A stretch of DNA of 64,000 bases. Source: Alphaproteobacteria bacterium. Lineage in GTDB: Bacteria; Pseudomonadota; Alphaproteobacteria; SMXQ01. The notes below the pieces were generated by a model that was not told the origin of the DNA, did no database searches, and worked only from the letters and a program-made list of their open reading frames with translations. Below are positions 1-10,755 of the stretch, in pieces. The stretch covers positions 52,517 to 116,516 of the forward strand of contig JAYPPT010000002.1 of NCBI GenBank assembly GCA_038131655.1, in the 5' to 3' direction. A program made the translations under genes and the position numbers. Each line of letters opens with the position of its first letter. Position 1 is the stretch's first letter.

Positions 1-423
1 GAAGCGATCAAGCGGATGTTCACGCCGGAGTTCCGCAACCGGTTGGATGCGGTCATCCCGTTCTCCGGCCTGTCGCCGGAAATCGTCGTCCGCGTTGTCG
101 ACAAGTTCGTGATCGAGCTGGAAGCCCAGCTGGGCGACCGCGCGGTCGAGATCGAGCTGAGCGACAAGGCGCGGACCTGGCTGGCCCGCAAGGGCTACGA
201 CCAGGCCTTCGGGGCCCGGCCGCTGGCCCGCGTCATCCAGGAAAACATCAAGCGCCCGCTGGCTGATGAGCTACTGTTCGGCAAGCTGGCCAAGGGTGGG
301 CTGGTTCGCATAGACGTCAAGGACGACGCGCTGACCTTCGATATCCGCTCGCGCCCGCCCAAGCGCAAGGAAGTAAAGCGCATCACCAAGAAGCCGCCCA
401 AGGTGCCGGCTCTTGTAGAGTAA
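1..423 (+). CDS. clpA: ATP-dependent Clp protease ATP-binding subunit ClpA, C-terminal fragment (5' end outside window)
   Basis: Frame is open from nt 1. The translation ...EAIKRMFTPEFRNRLDAVIPFSGLSPEIV...GARPLARVIQENIKRPLADELLFGKL matches the conserved ClpA C-terminal sensor domain. Confidence 0.85.
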   Translation, partial: EAIKRMFTPEFRNRLDAVIPFSGLSPEIVVRVVDKFVIELEAQLGDRAVEIELSDKARTWLARKGYDQAFGARPLARVIQENIKRPLADELLFGKLAKGGLVRIDVKDDALTFDIRSRPPKRKEVKRITKKPPKVPALVE

Positions 424-448
424 GCTTTCCGCGATCCGGGAATGCAGG

Positions 449-476
449 GGGCCGGTGGCGACACCGGCCCTTTTCC
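449..476. terminator. Rho-independent terminator between convergent clpA and the DUF482 gene
   Basis: GC stem gccggtg / caccggc followed by cttttcc. Confidence 0.45.
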
Positions 477-479
477 CGT

Positions 480-1679
480 TTAGAAGCCTTCTTCGTCGTC
501 TTCGTTGCGGGGCGCGTTGGCGGGGTTGCCCTCCTGGCGGAAGGGGCCGTGGGCGGTCAGGATTTCGCGTTCACGCCCGACCTCGGCGCGATCCATTTCT
601 AGGAAGCGGGCGACGGCATCGCGGAAGCCCTTGTTCTCGATCCAGTGCGCCGAATAGGTGGCGACGGGCAGGTAGCCGCGCGACAGCTTGTGATGACCCC
701 CGGCGCCGGCCTCGACCCGCTTGAGGCCGCGTTCTATGGCGAATTCCATCGCCTGGTAGTAACAGCACTCGAAGTGCAGGAAGGGGTGATCTTCCGAGCA
801 GCCCCAGTTGCGCCCGAAGATGGCATCGCCGGAAAACAGATTGAGCGCCGCCGCCACGGCGCGGCCGTCACGAAAGGCCATAACCAGCAGGATGCGGTCC
901 TTCAGGCGGGCGCCGATTTCATGGAAAAATTCCCGCGTGAGATACGGGCTGCCCCATTTGCGCGCCGCGGTATCGAGATAGAAATCGTAAAACGCATCCC
1001 AGTGTTCGGGCTGAAGGTCATCGCCGCTCAAGCGCCGGATGGTGACGTGCTCGGTGGCGCGCTCGCGTTCCTTGCGCAGGTTCTTGCGCTTGCGCGAAGA
1101 CAGGGCCGCCAGAAAGTCGTTGAAATCGGCGTAGCCTTCATTGTGCCAGTGAAACTGGCGGCCCTCGCGCAGCAGGAAGCCGGATTCGCCCGCCAGTTCC
1201 CATTCCTCGCGGGTGAGGAAGTTGAGATGCAGCGAGGAAACTTCCATGCGTCTTGCCGCCTCGACCAGGCCCGCCAGCAGCGTGGGCTGCACGGCACCGG
1301 CCCCCAGCAGTCGCGGTCCCGGCACCGGCGAGAACGGCACCCCGGCCAGAAGTTTGGGATAGTATTTGCCGCCGGCGCGTTCATAAGCGTCGGCCCAGGC
1401 CCAGTCGAAGACGTATTCGCCGTAGGAATGCCCCTTGACGTAAAGCGGCACCGCGCCGACCAGCTTGTCCGTGCCGTCGGTCAGGGTGAGGTGACGGGGC
1501 AGCCAGCCGGTCTTGGCGCCAACGCAGTTCGAGACCTCGAGCGTATTGAGGAAATCATAAGAGGGGAAGGGGTTGCACGCCGGGTCCGCGACGGCAAGCA
1601 GCGCATCCCAGTCGGCCGCGGCGACCTCGCCGATGCCTGAAATCACGTTGATCTTGTGGCTGTCCGATCCATCCGGCAT
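480..1679 (-). CDS. GNAT-family N-acyltransferase, DUF482/COG3146 (BioF2-like) family
   Basis: 399 aa ORF. Motifs HSYGEYVFDWAWADAY and LHFECCYYQAMEFAIERGLKRVEAGAGG are typical of the family. Confidence 0.65.
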   Translation of the reverse strand: MPDGSDSHKINVISGIGEVAAADWDALLAVADPACNPFPSYDFLNTLEVSNCVGAKTGWLPRHLTLTDGTDKLVGAVPLYVKGHSYGEYVFDWAWADAYERAGGKYYPKLLAGVPFSPVPGPRLLGAGAVQPTLLAGLVEAARRMEVSSLHLNFLTREEWELAGESGFLLREGRQFHWHNEGYADFNDFLAALSSRKRKNLRKERERATEHVTIRRLSGDDLQPEHWDAFYDFYLDTAARKWGSPYLTREFFHEIGARLKDRILLVMAFRDGRAVAAALNLFSGDAIFGRNWGCSEDHPFLHFECCYYQAMEFAIERGLKRVEAGAGGHHKLSRGYLPVATYSAHWIENKGFRDAVARFLEMDRAEVGREREILTAHGPFRQEGNPANAPRNEDDEEGF

Positions 1680-1706
1680 GACCGGATGGTAGCACCGGGC
1701 GGGGGA

Positions 1707-2171
1707 TCAGGCGAATTCGATAATGGCGTCGATTTCCACCGCGACGCCGAGCGGCAGGGTGTTGACCCCGACGGCGGCCCGCGCATGGCGACCCGCATCA
1801 CCGAACACCTCCACCATCAGGTCGGAGGCGCCGTTGACCACCTTGGGCTGGTCGGTGAAACGGTCGGCGCTGGCGACGAAGCCGCCGAGCCGCACGATGC
1901 GCGTAACCCGGTCGAGATCGCCGAGCGCGGCCTCGGCCTGGGCCAGGATATTGATGGCGCAGAGCCGTGCGGCACGCTGGCCGTCTTCAAGCGAAACGTT
2001 ATCGCCAAGCCGCCCGGCGACCGCGATTTTGCCGGCTTCCATCGGCAACTGGCCCGACACGAACACCTGGTTGCCGGAGATCACCCACGGCACGTAATTC
2101 GCTGCCGGCGCGGCCGCTTGCGGCAGGTCGATGCCGAGGCTCTTGAGCTTGCTGTCGATGGATCCGGTCAT
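1707..2171 (-). CDS. RidA/YjgF family reactive-intermediate deaminase
   Basis: 154 aa. RidA-like length and motifs (…GVAVEIDAIIEF C-terminus). Confidence 0.8.
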   Translation of the reverse strand: MTGSIDSKLKSLGIDLPQAAAPAANYVPWVISGNQVFVSGQLPMEAGKIAVAGRLGDNVSLEDGQRAARLCAINILAQAEAALGDLDRVTRIVRLGGFVASADRFTDQPKVVNGASDLMVEVFGDAGRHARAAVGVNTLPLGVAVEIDAIIEFA

Positions 2172-2272
2172 GATGCTTTCTTTCCCAGCGGTCGGTCTCC
2201 CCGAAAAGGAGGGGTGTCCAAGGACACCCCTCTAGTTTTCAGGGAGAACCTACACCACTAGGTACGTACTGA

Positions 2273-5200
2273 CTAGCTACAGCCGCTGGTGCTACCACAG
2301 GTGTTACACTTGAGGCAGGTCCCGTTTCGCACCAGGGTGAAATTGCCGCATTCACCGCAGGCATCGCCTTCGTAGCCTTTCAGACGCGCTTCGCGAATCT
2401 GATCCAGCTTCGTTGAGACGCTCGCCGTTACAGCGGCACTGACAGTGACGGAATTGGCGGGGCCGTCACCGGTCAGGGGTTGGGAGGCCGTGATGGCTTC
2501 GGCGATGGCTTCCATCGATTCTCCGACGGAAGTTTCCATGTCCTCGGCCATTTCCGCGACCGCCGCGACATTGCGTGCCGCCGCGCCGCCCCCTTGCAGT
2601 ACGTAGAGATTGGAGCGCACGTATCCGGTGCTGGCCAGCCTCTTCGTGACTTCGAGCTGGGCATCCGCTGCCGTTGCCGGCAGATCGCCCTCCTTGTCGC
2701 CCTTGCCAACCGCATCGGGCATCATGTCCGCCGGTTCCACATGGGCAAGATCGTTACGTCCGAGATACGACACCGCCAGCTCACGGAAGATGTAGTCGAG
2801 AATGGACGTCGCCATCTTGATGGCGTCGTTACCCTCGACGATGCCGGAAGGATCGAACCGGGTGAAGGTAAAGGCTTCGACGAATTCTTCCATTGGCACG
2901 CCGTATTGCAGCCCGATGGAAACCGCGATGGCGAAGTTGTTCATCAGCGACCGGAAGGCGGCGCCTTCCTTGTGCATGTCGATGAAGATTTCGCCGATGC
3001 GGCCGTCTTCGTATTCGCCGGTGCGGAGATATACCTTGTGACCGCCGACGATGGCCTTCTGGGTGTACCCCTTGCGCCGCGCCGGCAGGGTCTTGCGGCC
3101 GGACACGAACTTTTCGACGATGCGTTCGGCGATGACCTGGGCCTTTTCGCCCTGGGCCATGGAAGCGATTTCGGCGGCGACGTCCTCGGCGCTTTCGCCC
3201 TCGTCATCGTCGGACAGCAGCTGGGAATTCAGCGGCTGGCTGAGCTTGGAGCCGTCGCGGTAAAGCGCATTGGCCTTGAGCGCAAGCCGCCACGACATCA
3301 TGTAGGCTTCCTTGCACTCATCAACCGTGGCCTGGTTGGGCATGTTGATGGTCTTGGAAATGGCGCCGGAGATGAACGGCTGCGCCGCGGCCAGCATGTT
3401 GATGTGGCTTTGCCACGACAGGTAGCGCTTGCCGATCTTGCCGCAAGGATTGGCGCAGTCGAACACCGGCAGGTGCTCTTCTTTCAGATGCGGTGCCCCT
3501 TCCAGGGTCATGGCACCGGCGCAATAGGTGTTGGCCTCCTCGATCTCGCGCTTGCTGAAGCCGAGGGAGGTCAGCAGGTCAAAGCCCGGATCGTTCATCT
3601 GCGCGTCGGTAACATTCAGCGTATCGCGCAGGAAGTCGGCGCCCAGCGTGAAGCGGTTGAAGACGAAGCGTATATCGAAGGCGCTGGCAACGGCTTCCTC
3701 CACCTTTTGCAGGATGTCTTCGGTGAAGCCGCGTTCGGCCAGGCTCTGGTGGTTGACGTGGGGGGCATCCAGCAGGGTGCCGTGGCCCACCGCGTAGCGG
3801 GCGATGTCTTCAATCTGCGCTTCGCTGTAGCCGAGGGTACGCAGCCCCACGGGAACCGTGCGGTTGATGATCTTGAAGTAACCGCCGCCCGCCAGCTTCT
3901 TGAACTTGACCAGGGCGAAATCGGGTTCGATGCCGGTGGTATCGCAGTCCATCACCAGCCCGATGGTGCCGGTCGGCGCGATCACCGAGGCCTGGGCATT
4001 GCGATAGCCGAACTGTTCACCCAGTTCCAGCGCCCGGTCCCATGCCTTGGCGGCGGCAACGGCGAGGTTGACGTCGGGGCAGGCCTCGATATCGAGGGGC
4101 ACGGGGTTGATGGACAGGCCCTCGTAACCGTCGGTTTCGCCGTAGGCGGCGCGGCGATGGTTGCGGATGACGCGCAGCATCGCATCGCGGTTGCGGCTGT
4201 AATCGGGGAAGGGGCCCAGCTCTTCCGCCATTTCGGCGGAGGTCGCGTAGGACACGCCGGTCAGGATCGCGGTCAGCGCCCCGGCCATGGCCCGGCCCTC
4301 GCACGAATCGTAGCCCATGCCGCCGGCCATCAGCAGCCCGCCGATATTGGCGTAGCCGAGGCCGAGGGTGCGGTACTCGTAAGACAGTTGCGCGATTTCG
4401 CGAGATGGAAACTGGGCCATCAGTACGGAAATTTCCAGCGCGACCGTCCACAGCCGCACGGCGTATTCATAGGACTTGATGTCGAAGGTGCCTTCGGAAT
4501 CGCGGAAGGCCAGCAGGTTGATCGACGCCAGGTTGCACGCCGTGTCGTCGAGGAACATGTACTCTGAACACGGGTTCGAGGCATTGATGCGCCCCGCTTC
4601 CGGGCAGGTGTGCCATTCGTTGATAGTGGTGTCGAACTGCACGCCGGGATCGGCCGATGCCCAGGCGGCGAAACCGATCTGGTCCCACAATTCGCGCGCG
4701 CCGATGACCTTGTGGACCTTGCCGTCGACGCGGCGGGTCAGCTCCCAGTCGCTGTCGGCCAGCACGGCTTCGAGGAAGTCGTTGGTGATGCGGACAGAGT
4801 TGTTGGAATTCTGGCCCGAGACCGTCAGGTAGGCGTCCGAATCCCAATCCGTGTCGTAGGTCTTGAAGTCGATCGCCTCAAAGCCCTGGCGGGCGAATTC
4901 GATGACCCGCTGGACGTAGTTTTCCGGCAGCATCGCCTTGCGCGCGCCGATGATGGCCTTCTTCAGCGCCTTGTTCTTGCGCGGGTTGAAGGCATCTTCC
5001 GGCGATTCGAAGGTCTGGACGGATTCAGCGTCGCCGCGGCCGTGGCAGGCCTGCATGACGGCGTTCAGGTGCACGTTGGCGAGCTTGGACCCGGCGACCA
5101 GCGCCGCGACCTTCTGTTCCTCGATCACCTTCCAGTTGACGTATTGCTCGATGTCGGGATGGTCGACGTCGATGGTGACCATCTTGGCCGCGCGTCGCGT

Positions 5201-6019
5201 GGTGCCGCCCGACTTGATGGCGCTGGCCGCACGGTCGCCGATCTTCAGGAAGCTCATCAGCCCCGAAGACTTGCCGCCGCCCGAAAGCGATTCGTTCTCG
5301 CCGCGAATCCTGGAGAAGTTCGAGCCGGTGCCTGAGCCGTATTTGAACAGCCGTGCTTCACGCACCCAAAGGTCCATGATGCCGCCTTCGTTGACCAGGT
5401 CGTCGGCGACGGACTGGATGAAGCAGGCATGGGGCTGCGGATGTTCGTAGGAGGATTTCGACGTGACCAGTTCGCCGGTGCGGTAATCGACGTAGAAATG
5501 ACCCTGGCTCGGCCCGTCGATGCCGTAAGCCCAGTGCAGGCCGGTGTTGAACCATTGCGGCGAGTTGGGGGCGGCCATCTGGCGTGCCAGCATGTGGCGC
5601 ATTTCGTCGTAATAGGCGCGGGCATCGGCCTCGGTATCGAAGTAGCCGCCTTTCCAGCCCCAGTAGGTCCAGGTGCCGGCGAGCCGGCGGAACACCTGCT
5701 TGGCGCTGGTTTCGCCGCCCATGCGTTCGTCTTCGGGCAGCTCGGCGAGGGCCTCCTCATCGGCCTCATGACGCCACAGCCAGGCCGGGACATCCGTTTC
5801 CTCGACCGGCTTCAGGCGGGCGGGGACACCGGCCTTGCGAAAATACTTCTGCGCGATGACATCGGTGGCGACCTGAGAAAATGCCTTGGGCACATCGAAG
5901 CCGCGCAGGGAAAAGACGATCGAACCGTCCGGGTTCTTGATCTCGCTGACCGCTTCGCGGAACGGAATATCCTGATAAGCGGATTGGCCTTCGCTGGTGA
6001 AATGACGCGCAATGCGCAT
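2273..6019 (-). CDS. nrdJ: Vitamin B12-dependent ribonucleotide reductase (class II, NrdJ)
   Basis: 1248 aa uninterrupted ORF. N-terminus [22 protein letters not shown]... and the Cys-rich C-terminal tail ([22 protein letters not shown]) are typical of alphaproteobacterial NrdJ. Confidence 0.9.
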   Translation of the reverse strand: MRIARHFTSEGQSAYQDIPFREAVSEIKNPDGSIVFSLRGFDVPKAFSQVATDVIAQKYFRKAGVPARLKPVEETDVPAWLWRHEADEEALAELPEDERMGGETSAKQVFRRLAGTWTYWGWKGGYFDTEADARAYYDEMRHMLARQMAAPNSPQWFNTGLHWAYGIDGPSQGHFYVDYRTGELVTSKSSYEHPQPHACFIQSVADDLVNEGGIMDLWVREARLFKYGSGTGSNFSRIRGENESLSGGGKSSGLMSFLKIGDRAASAIKSGGTTRRAAKMVTIDVDHPDIEQYVNWKVIEEQKVAALVAGSKLANVHLNAVMQACHGRGDAESVQTFESPEDAFNPRKNKALKKAIIGARKAMLPENYVQRVIEFARQGFEAIDFKTYDTDWDSDAYLTVSGQNSNNSVRITNDFLEAVLADSDWELTRRVDGKVHKVIGARELWDQIGFAAWASADPGVQFDTTINEWHTCPEAGRINASNPCSEYMFLDDTACNLASINLLAFRDSEGTFDIKSYEYAVRLWTVALEISVLMAQFPSREIAQLSYEYRTLGLGYANIGGLLMAGGMGYDSCEGRAMAGALTAILTGVSYATSAEMAEELGPFPDYSRNRDAMLRVIRNHRRAAYGETDGYEGLSINPVPLDIEACPDVNLAVAAAKAWDRALELGEQFGYRNAQASVIAPTGTIGLVMDCDTTGIEPDFALVKFKKLAGGGYFKIINRTVPVGLRTLGYSEAQIEDIARYAVGHGTLLDAPHVNHQSLAERGFTEDILQKVEEAVASAFDIRFVFNRFTLGADFLRDTLNVTDAQMNDPGFDLLTSLGFSKREIEEANTYCAGAMTLEGAPHLKEEHLPVFDCANPCGKIGKRYLSWQSHINMLAAAQPFISGAISKTINMPNQATVDECKEAYMMSWRLALKANALYRDGSKLSQPLNSQLLSDDDEGESAEDVAAEIASMAQGEKAQVIAERIVEKFVSGRKTLPARRKGYTQKAIVGGHKVYLRTGEYEDGRIGEIFIDMHKEGAAFRSLMNNFAIAVSIGLQYGVPMEEFVEAFTFTRFDPSGIVEGNDAIKMATSILDYIFRELAVSYLGRNDLAHVEPADMMPDAVGKGDKEGDLPATAADAQLEVTKRLASTGYVRSNLYVLQGGGAAARNVAAVAEMAEDMETSVGESMEAIAEAITASQPLTGDGPANSVTVSAAVTASVSTKLDQIREARLKGYEGDACGECGNFTLVRNGTCLKCNTCGSTSGCS

Positions 6020-6165
6020 TGACTGCCCCCTAAATTATGCGAAACCGGCGCCCTGTGGTGCTTTCTGGCCCGCTTTTCCTTGCCCAAGCCCGTTCGCGTC
6101 CCCCAATTTCCAGTCTAGATTTAGGCGCCAACAGGAATGTTAACTCTAGATGTGGTATTGGAATT

Positions 6166-6213
6166 CCGTCAACAATAAATTGACGGTTTGGTGATATCAC
6201 CCACAATATGTGG
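6166..6213. promoter_or_regulatory. Two NrdR-box-like palindromes upstream of nrdJ
   Basis: ccgtcaa-caataaa-ttgacgg (6166-6186) and ccaca-ata-tgtgg (6201-6213). Centres are 31 bp apart, which is the usual tandem NrdR-box spacing. Confidence 0.35.
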
Positions 6214-6330
6214 TGCCGGCTCCGAGGGCGGTGAAATCGCCGCGGTGTCGGCAAAATCGCAAAGCAACTTGTCGCATCGGGCGGGCGGTGCCATATTCCG
6301 CCACGCATTGAACCGCGGGAGAGTGCCAAA

Positions 6331-6696
6331 GTGACCATCGGTACCCGGCTTTTGACATGGCTGCGAGGCCAGTTCGTCGGCGAGGACGAATACGGCAACC
6401 GCTACTATCGCGATCCCCGCCACAAGGATCCCAAGAACAATGGCCGCGAACGCCGCTGGGTGATCTATGCCGGCGACGCGGAAGGTTCCAAGGTGCCGCC
6501 GGTGTGGCACGCGTGGCTGCATCACAGCGTTGACGCGGTGCCCGACGCGGCGGCGCTGGCGCGCAAACCCTGGCAGAAACCGCATATGCCCAACATGACT
6601 GGCACCGATCTGGCTTACCGGCCGGCGGGGTCGCTCCTGCGCGGCGGTCACCGGGCCCGGGCGACGGGCGATTATGAACCCTGGACCCCCAGTTGA
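6331..6696 (+). CDS. NADH:ubiquinone oxidoreductase subunit NDUFA12-like protein
   Basis: 121 aa with a GTG start. The motif ...YGNRYYRD...ERRWVIY...VPPVWHAWLHH is characteristic of the NDUFA12 family that is common in alphaproteobacteria. Confidence 0.75.
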   Translation: MTIGTRLLTWLRGQFVGEDEYGNRYYRDPRHKDPKNNGRERRWVIYAGDAEGSKVPPVWHAWLHHSVDAVPDAAALARKPWQKPHMPNMTGTDLAYRPAGSLLRGGHRARATGDYEPWTPS

Positions 6697-6721
6697 TTAG
6701 CGGCGTCCCGGAGATTTGCCC

Positions 6722-7231
6722 ATGAAAAACAATATGATCGAAACCGTTTTGGGCGGGGTTGTGCTGCTGGTGGCGGGCGTGTTCGTCGTTTTTGCCTATA
6801 CCAATGCTTCGCTCAGGACCTCGACCGGTTATGAATTGACAGCCCGTTTTGACCGGGTCGGTGATCTCAAGCAGGGCGACGACGTCAAGCTCGCGGGGAT
6901 CAAGATCGGTTCGGTCACCGGCCAGGCGCTGGACCCCAAGACCTACCAGGCGGTCATCACCCTGACCATCGAGCCCCATGTCAAGCTGCCCACCGATACG
7001 GCGGCGGAAATCGCGTCCACGGGATTGCTCGGCGGCAGCGTCGTCTCGCTTAACCCGGGCGGTGCCGAATCCACCATCAAGCCGGGCGGGCAGATCACCA
7101 TCACCCAGGGTGCCGTCAACCTGGTGGACCTGATCGGCAAGGCGATTTTTTCAGCCAAGGGCGCAGTTGAAGCCAAGCCCGCCGCCGCCGCCGACCCGCT
7201 GATGGCCCCCATGCCGGGAGCCGGCAAATAA
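6722..7231 (+). CDS. mlaD: MlaD-like (Mce-domain) outer-membrane lipid asymmetry protein
   Basis: N-terminal TM segment, then an Mce domain (DVKLAGIKIGSVTGQALDP...). ATG at 6722 preferred over the upstream TTG. Confidence 0.7.
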   Translation: MKNNMIETVLGGVVLLVAGVFVVFAYTNASLRTSTGYELTARFDRVGDLKQGDDVKLAGIKIGSVTGQALDPKTYQAVITLTIEPHVKLPTDTAAEIASTGLLGGSVVSLNPGGAESTIKPGGQITITQGAVNLVDLIGKAIFSAKGAVEAKPAAAADPLMAPMPGAGK

Positions 7232-7246
7232 CATTCTGAACGGGCC

Positions 7247-7702
7247 GTGCTGTCGGTCGTGTCAGGGATGGGGTCACTTAAAGGGAGCCCGTTCGCCGTG
7301 TCGCCGAGGTCATTGTCCACTGTCTTCCTGTGTTGCGCCCTGGTCCTGTCCGGGGGCGCCGCCGCTGCTGATCTTGAAGGCGGCGGGGCGCTCATGCAGG
7401 GACTGGACAAGGTGACGGCCCGCATATCGCCGATCCATGCCCCCGTGGGCCAGGTGGTGCGTTTCGGAACACTGGAGATCATGGTGCGGCGCTGCCTCAA
7501 GCGCCCGCCGGAAGAGCCGCCGGAAAGCGCGGCGCTGGTGGACATCCGCGAGGTTCGGCCGGGGGAAGCACCGGTTGTGCTGTTCCAGGGCTGGATGTTC
7601 GCGTCGTCACCGGCGCTCAACGCGCTGGAGCATCCGGTTTACGACGTTTGGATCAAGGATTGCCTGAACGTCAAATCGGCGGTGGACAGCGCCCCCCGGT
7701 AG
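7247..7702 (+). CDS. DUF2155 domain protein (secreted)
   Basis: Signal peptide plus a conserved domain that commonly accompanies NDUFA12/mlaD in alphaproteobacteria. The 3' end overlaps the convergent aat gene. Confidence 0.6.
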   Translation: MLSVVSGMGSLKGSPFAVSPRSLSTVFLCCALVLSGGAAAADLEGGGALMQGLDKVTARISPIHAPVGQVVRFGTLEIMVRRCLKRPPEEPPESAALVDIREVRPGEAPVVLFQGWMFASSPALNALEHPVYDVWIKDCLNVKSAVDSAPR

Positions 7703-8307
7703 AAGGACGCCTTGATCTCGAGCGCCGCGGCGAGGCGGGCATGATAATCGTCGCGCGAAATTTCGATGGCGCCGAACTGCATCAGATGCTCGGTGATGAA
7801 CTGGGTATCGAGCAGCGTATAGCCGCCACGGCGCAGCCGGGCCACGAGATGGCACAGCGCCACCTTCGAAGCATCGCGCATGGTTGAGAACATGCTTTCG
7901 CCAAAGAACGCGCCGCCGAGGGAAACCCCGTAAAGCCCGCCGACCAGCTCGCCCCGGCACCGGCATTCGACCGAATGGGCGTGTCCCAATTGATGCAGCG
8001 CGCCGGCAAGACGTCGAATTTCATCGTTGATCCAGGTGCTTGGGCGAACGGTCCGCGCCGCTGCGCAGGCGCTGACGGTGGCGTTGAAGGCGGTATCACA
8101 GGTCACGTCGAAGCGGTCCTGGCGCAAGGTGCGCTGGAGGCGGCGTGAAACGTGGAAACCATCGAGCGGCAGGATGCCGCGCATTTCCGGGTCGAGCCAG
8201 AACAGGGTCGGGTCGTCGGCGGATTCCGCCATCGGAAAAATGCCCGCGGCATAGATACGCAGCAGCAGTTCCGGGGTCGGTGGGGACAGGGCGTTTCCGG
8301 TATTCAT
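7639..8307 (-). CDS. aat: Leucyl/phenylalanyl-tRNA--protein transferase
   Basis: 222 aa with motifs [14 protein letters not shown] and GESMFS. Confidence 0.85.
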   Translation of the reverse strand: MNTGNALSPPTPELLLRIYAAGIFPMAESADDPTLFWLDPEMRGILPLDGFHVSRRLQRTLRQDRFDVTCDTAFNATVSACAAARTVRPSTWINDEIRRLAGALHQLGHAHSVECRCRGELVGGLYGVSLGGAFFGESMFSTMRDASKVALCHLVARLRRGGYTLLDTQFITEHLMQFGAIEISRDDYHARLAAALEIKASFYRGALSTADLTFRQSLIQTS

Positions 8308-8320
8308 CCGGCGCCGGCCT

Positions 8321-9661
8321 TTATTTCAGCCCGACGAATCTTTCGAGCCAGTGGATATCGTAATCGCCGTTGACGAATTCCTGCGATTCGGTGAGCCGCA
8401 CATGCAGCGGAATGGTCGTATCCACGCCTTCGATCACATATTCATGGAGCGCGCGGCGCAGCCGCATCAGTGCTTCGTTGCGGGTCTTGCCGTGAACGAT
8501 CAGCTTGGAAATCAGGCTGTCGTAATGGGGCGGGACCGTGTAGCCGGCATAGATGGCCGAATCGACCCGCACCCCGAGCCCCCCCGGCGGATGATAGGTG
8601 CCGATCTGGCCCGGCGCGGGCATGAAGGTTTCCGAATTTTCGGCATTGATGCGGCACTCGATCGCATGACCGGAGAAGGAAACGTCGTCCTGGGAAATGG
8701 ACAGCGGCAAGCCGGTGGCAATGCGAATCTGTTCGCGCACGATGTCGACGCCGGTGATCATCTCGGTCACGGGGTGCTCGACCTGCACGCGGGTGTTCAT
8801 TTCAATGAAATAGAACTCGCCGTCCTCGTAGAGGAATTCCAGCGTGCCGGCGCCGAGGTAGCCGAGCTTGGCCAGCGCCTTGGTCACGGTTGCGCCGATA
8901 GCCGCGCGCTCGGCGGCATTGAGGGCCGGTGACGGAGCTTCTTCCAGCAGTTTCTGGTGGCGGCGCTGCAGCGAACAATCCCGGTCGCCCAGGTGAATGA
9001 CGTTGCCGTGGCTGTCGGCCAGGATCTGAATTTCGATGTGGCGCGGCCGGCCCAGGTACTTCTCGATATAGACTTCGTCGTTGCCGAAATTGGACTTGGC
9101 TTCCGAGCGCGCGGTCGAGAAAGCCTCGCCGATGGTTTCGGCGCTGTCGGCCACCTTCATGCCGCGTCCGCCGCCGCCGCTGGTGGCCTTGATCAGCACC
9201 GGGTAGCCGATGGCTTCCGCCGCCGCCCGCGCATGGGCTTCGTCGGGGACGCCGCCGTCGGAGCCGGGCACCACGGGCACGCCCAGGGATTTCATCGTGT
9301 CCTTGGCGGTGATCTTGTCGCCCATCATGCGCATATGATCGGCCGCCGGACCGATGAAGACGATGCCGTGGTCCTCGACCATCTGGGCGAAGTCGGCATT
9401 TTCCGACAACAGGCCATAGCCGGGATGGATGGCATCGGCATTGGTGATGGTCGCCGCCGAGATCAGCGCCGCGGCATTGAGATAGCTGCGCGCCGCCGGG
9501 GCTTCGCCGATGCAAACGCTTTCGTCCGCCAGGCGCACGTGCATGGCGTCGGCATCGACCGTGGAATGCACCGCGACCGTGGCGATGCCCATTTCCTTGC
9601 AGGCGCGGTGAATCCGGAGCGCGATTTCGCCGCGGTTGGCAATCAGAACCTTGTCAAACAT
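8321..9661 (-). CDS. accC: Acetyl-CoA carboxylase biotin carboxylase subunit
   Basis: 446 aa. [17 protein letters not shown]... with an ATP-grasp fold. Confidence 0.95.
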   Translation of the reverse strand: MFDKVLIANRGEIALRIHRACKEMGIATVAVHSTVDADAMHVRLADESVCIGEAPAARSYLNAAALISAATITNADAIHPGYGLLSENADFAQMVEDHGIVFIGPAADHMRMMGDKITAKDTMKSLGVPVVPGSDGGVPDEAHARAAAEAIGYPVLIKATSGGGGRGMKVADSAETIGEAFSTARSEAKSNFGNDEVYIEKYLGRPRHIEIQILADSHGNVIHLGDRDCSLQRRHQKLLEEAPSPALNAAERAAIGATVTKALAKLGYLGAGTLEFLYEDGEFYFIEMNTRVQVEHPVTEMITGVDIVREQIRIATGLPLSISQDDVSFSGHAIECRINAENSETFMPAPGQIGTYHPPGGLGVRVDSAIYAGYTVPPHYDSLISKLIVHGKTRNEALMRLRRALHEYVIEGVDTTIPLHVRLTESQEFVNGDYDIHWLERFVGLK

Positions 9662-9678
9662 GGGGCGTTGTCCCGCCG

Positions 9679-10158
9679 CTACTCGATGATCAGGAGGACT
9701 TCGCCGAATTCAACCGGCGCGGCGTTGGTGGCAAGCATCTGGACCACCTTGCCGGATTTGGGCGCGCGGATCGGGTTCATTGTTTTCATCGCCTCGATCA
9801 GCAGCACGGTCTGGCCTTCCTTGACCGTATCGCCTTCCTTGACGAAGGGATTGGCGCCCGGTTCCGGGGCGACGTAAACCGTGCCCACCATCGGGGAAGT
9901 GACGGCGCCCGGATGCGCCTTGGCCGCTTCGCCGGCTGCGGGCGCGGCGGCGGGGGCCGGCGATGCGGCACCTGCGGGTGCCGCTGCCGGAGTGGGCGCC
10001 GGGGCCATCATGGCCGGTCCGGCCGCGACCGTCTGCGCGCGAGACAGCCGGATGCGATGGCGGCCTTCGCCGATCTCGATTTCAGTCAGGCCATGCTGGT
10101 CCAGTGCCTTGGCCAGTTGTTCGATCAGTTTTTCGTCTAGGTCGCGTTTGCCGATCAC
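9679..10158 (-). CDS. accB: Acetyl-CoA carboxylase biotin carboxyl carrier protein
   Basis: Ala/Pro-rich linker plus the biotinyl motif EAMKTMN. The 4-nt overlap with aroQ suggests translational coupling. Confidence 0.9.
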   Translation of the reverse strand: MIGKRDLDEKLIEQLAKALDQHGLTEIEIGEGRHRIRLSRAQTVAAGPAMMAPAPTPAAAPAGAASPAPAAAPAAGEAAKAHPGAVTSPMVGTVYVAPEPGANPFVKEGDTVKEGQTVLLIEAMKTMNPIRAPKSGKVVQMLATNAAPVEFGEVLLIIE

Positions 10159-10607
10159 TTGGAATTCCCTGCGCTGGTCATGTGGTGTATGGCGTCGAGA
10201 GCCAGAATATACCCTTTTGCGCCGAATCCGGCGATCATGCCGTCGGCGGCGCGCGATACATAGGATTCGGCGCGGAACGCCTCGCGCTTGAAGATGTTGG
10301 ACAAATGCACCTCGATCACCGGGACGTCAACCATGCGGAGCGCGTCGAGGATGGCGATGGAGGTGTGGGTATAGGCCCCGGCATTGACGATCAGGCCATC
10401 GGCCTCGCCACGGGCTTCCTGGATCCAGTTCACCATGTCGGATTCGCTGTTGGTCTGGCGAAAATCGATGCTCATGCCATTTTTTTGGGCATGGGCGCGG
10501 CACGCGGCCTCAATGTCGGAGAGGGTGTCGCGGCCATAGACCTCAACTTCGCGGGTTCCCAGCATATTGAGGTTAGGGCCATTTAAAATCAATACGTTAC
10601 AGCTCAT
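10155..10607 (-). CDS. aroQ: Type II 3-dehydroquinate dehydratase
   Basis: 150 aa. LILNGPNLNMLGTRE...VHLSNI signature. Confidence 0.9.
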   Translation of the reverse strand: MSCNVLILNGPNLNMLGTREVEVYGRDTLSDIEAACRAHAQKNGMSIDFRQTNSESDMVNWIQEARGEADGLIVNAGAYTHTSIAILDALRMVDVPVIEVHLSNIFKREAFRAESYVSRAADGMIAGFGAKGYILALDAIHHMTSAGNSK

Positions 10608-10755
10608 TCCTTCACCCCGACACGTGGACTTCGGCCCCTTCGGGCTGCTGTGCCGCCGCGGTTATAGCACGCAACTATCGTCCGGCGAAGGTCCGGAAAA
10701 CCGCGCTCTCGTTCCCCCCTTTACCATGAATTAACTCAAATTCGTCACAAATCAT

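Noticed and set aside
2480-4567. 695-aa plus-strand ORF, and other long ORFs antisense to nrdJ, accC, rne, glnE etc. (e.g. 645..1640, 8351..8932, 20027..21457, 28872..29933)
   Set aside because: They lie entirely inside well-supported genes on the opposite strand. Their compositions are Arg/Gly/Ala-rich, typical of GC-rich antisense frames. They have no recognisable domains.
6020-6330. Cobalamin riboswitch upstream of nrdJ
   Set aside because: No B12-box-like sequence was found. Biologically, B12 riboswitches regulate B12-independent RNRs, not nrdJ itself.
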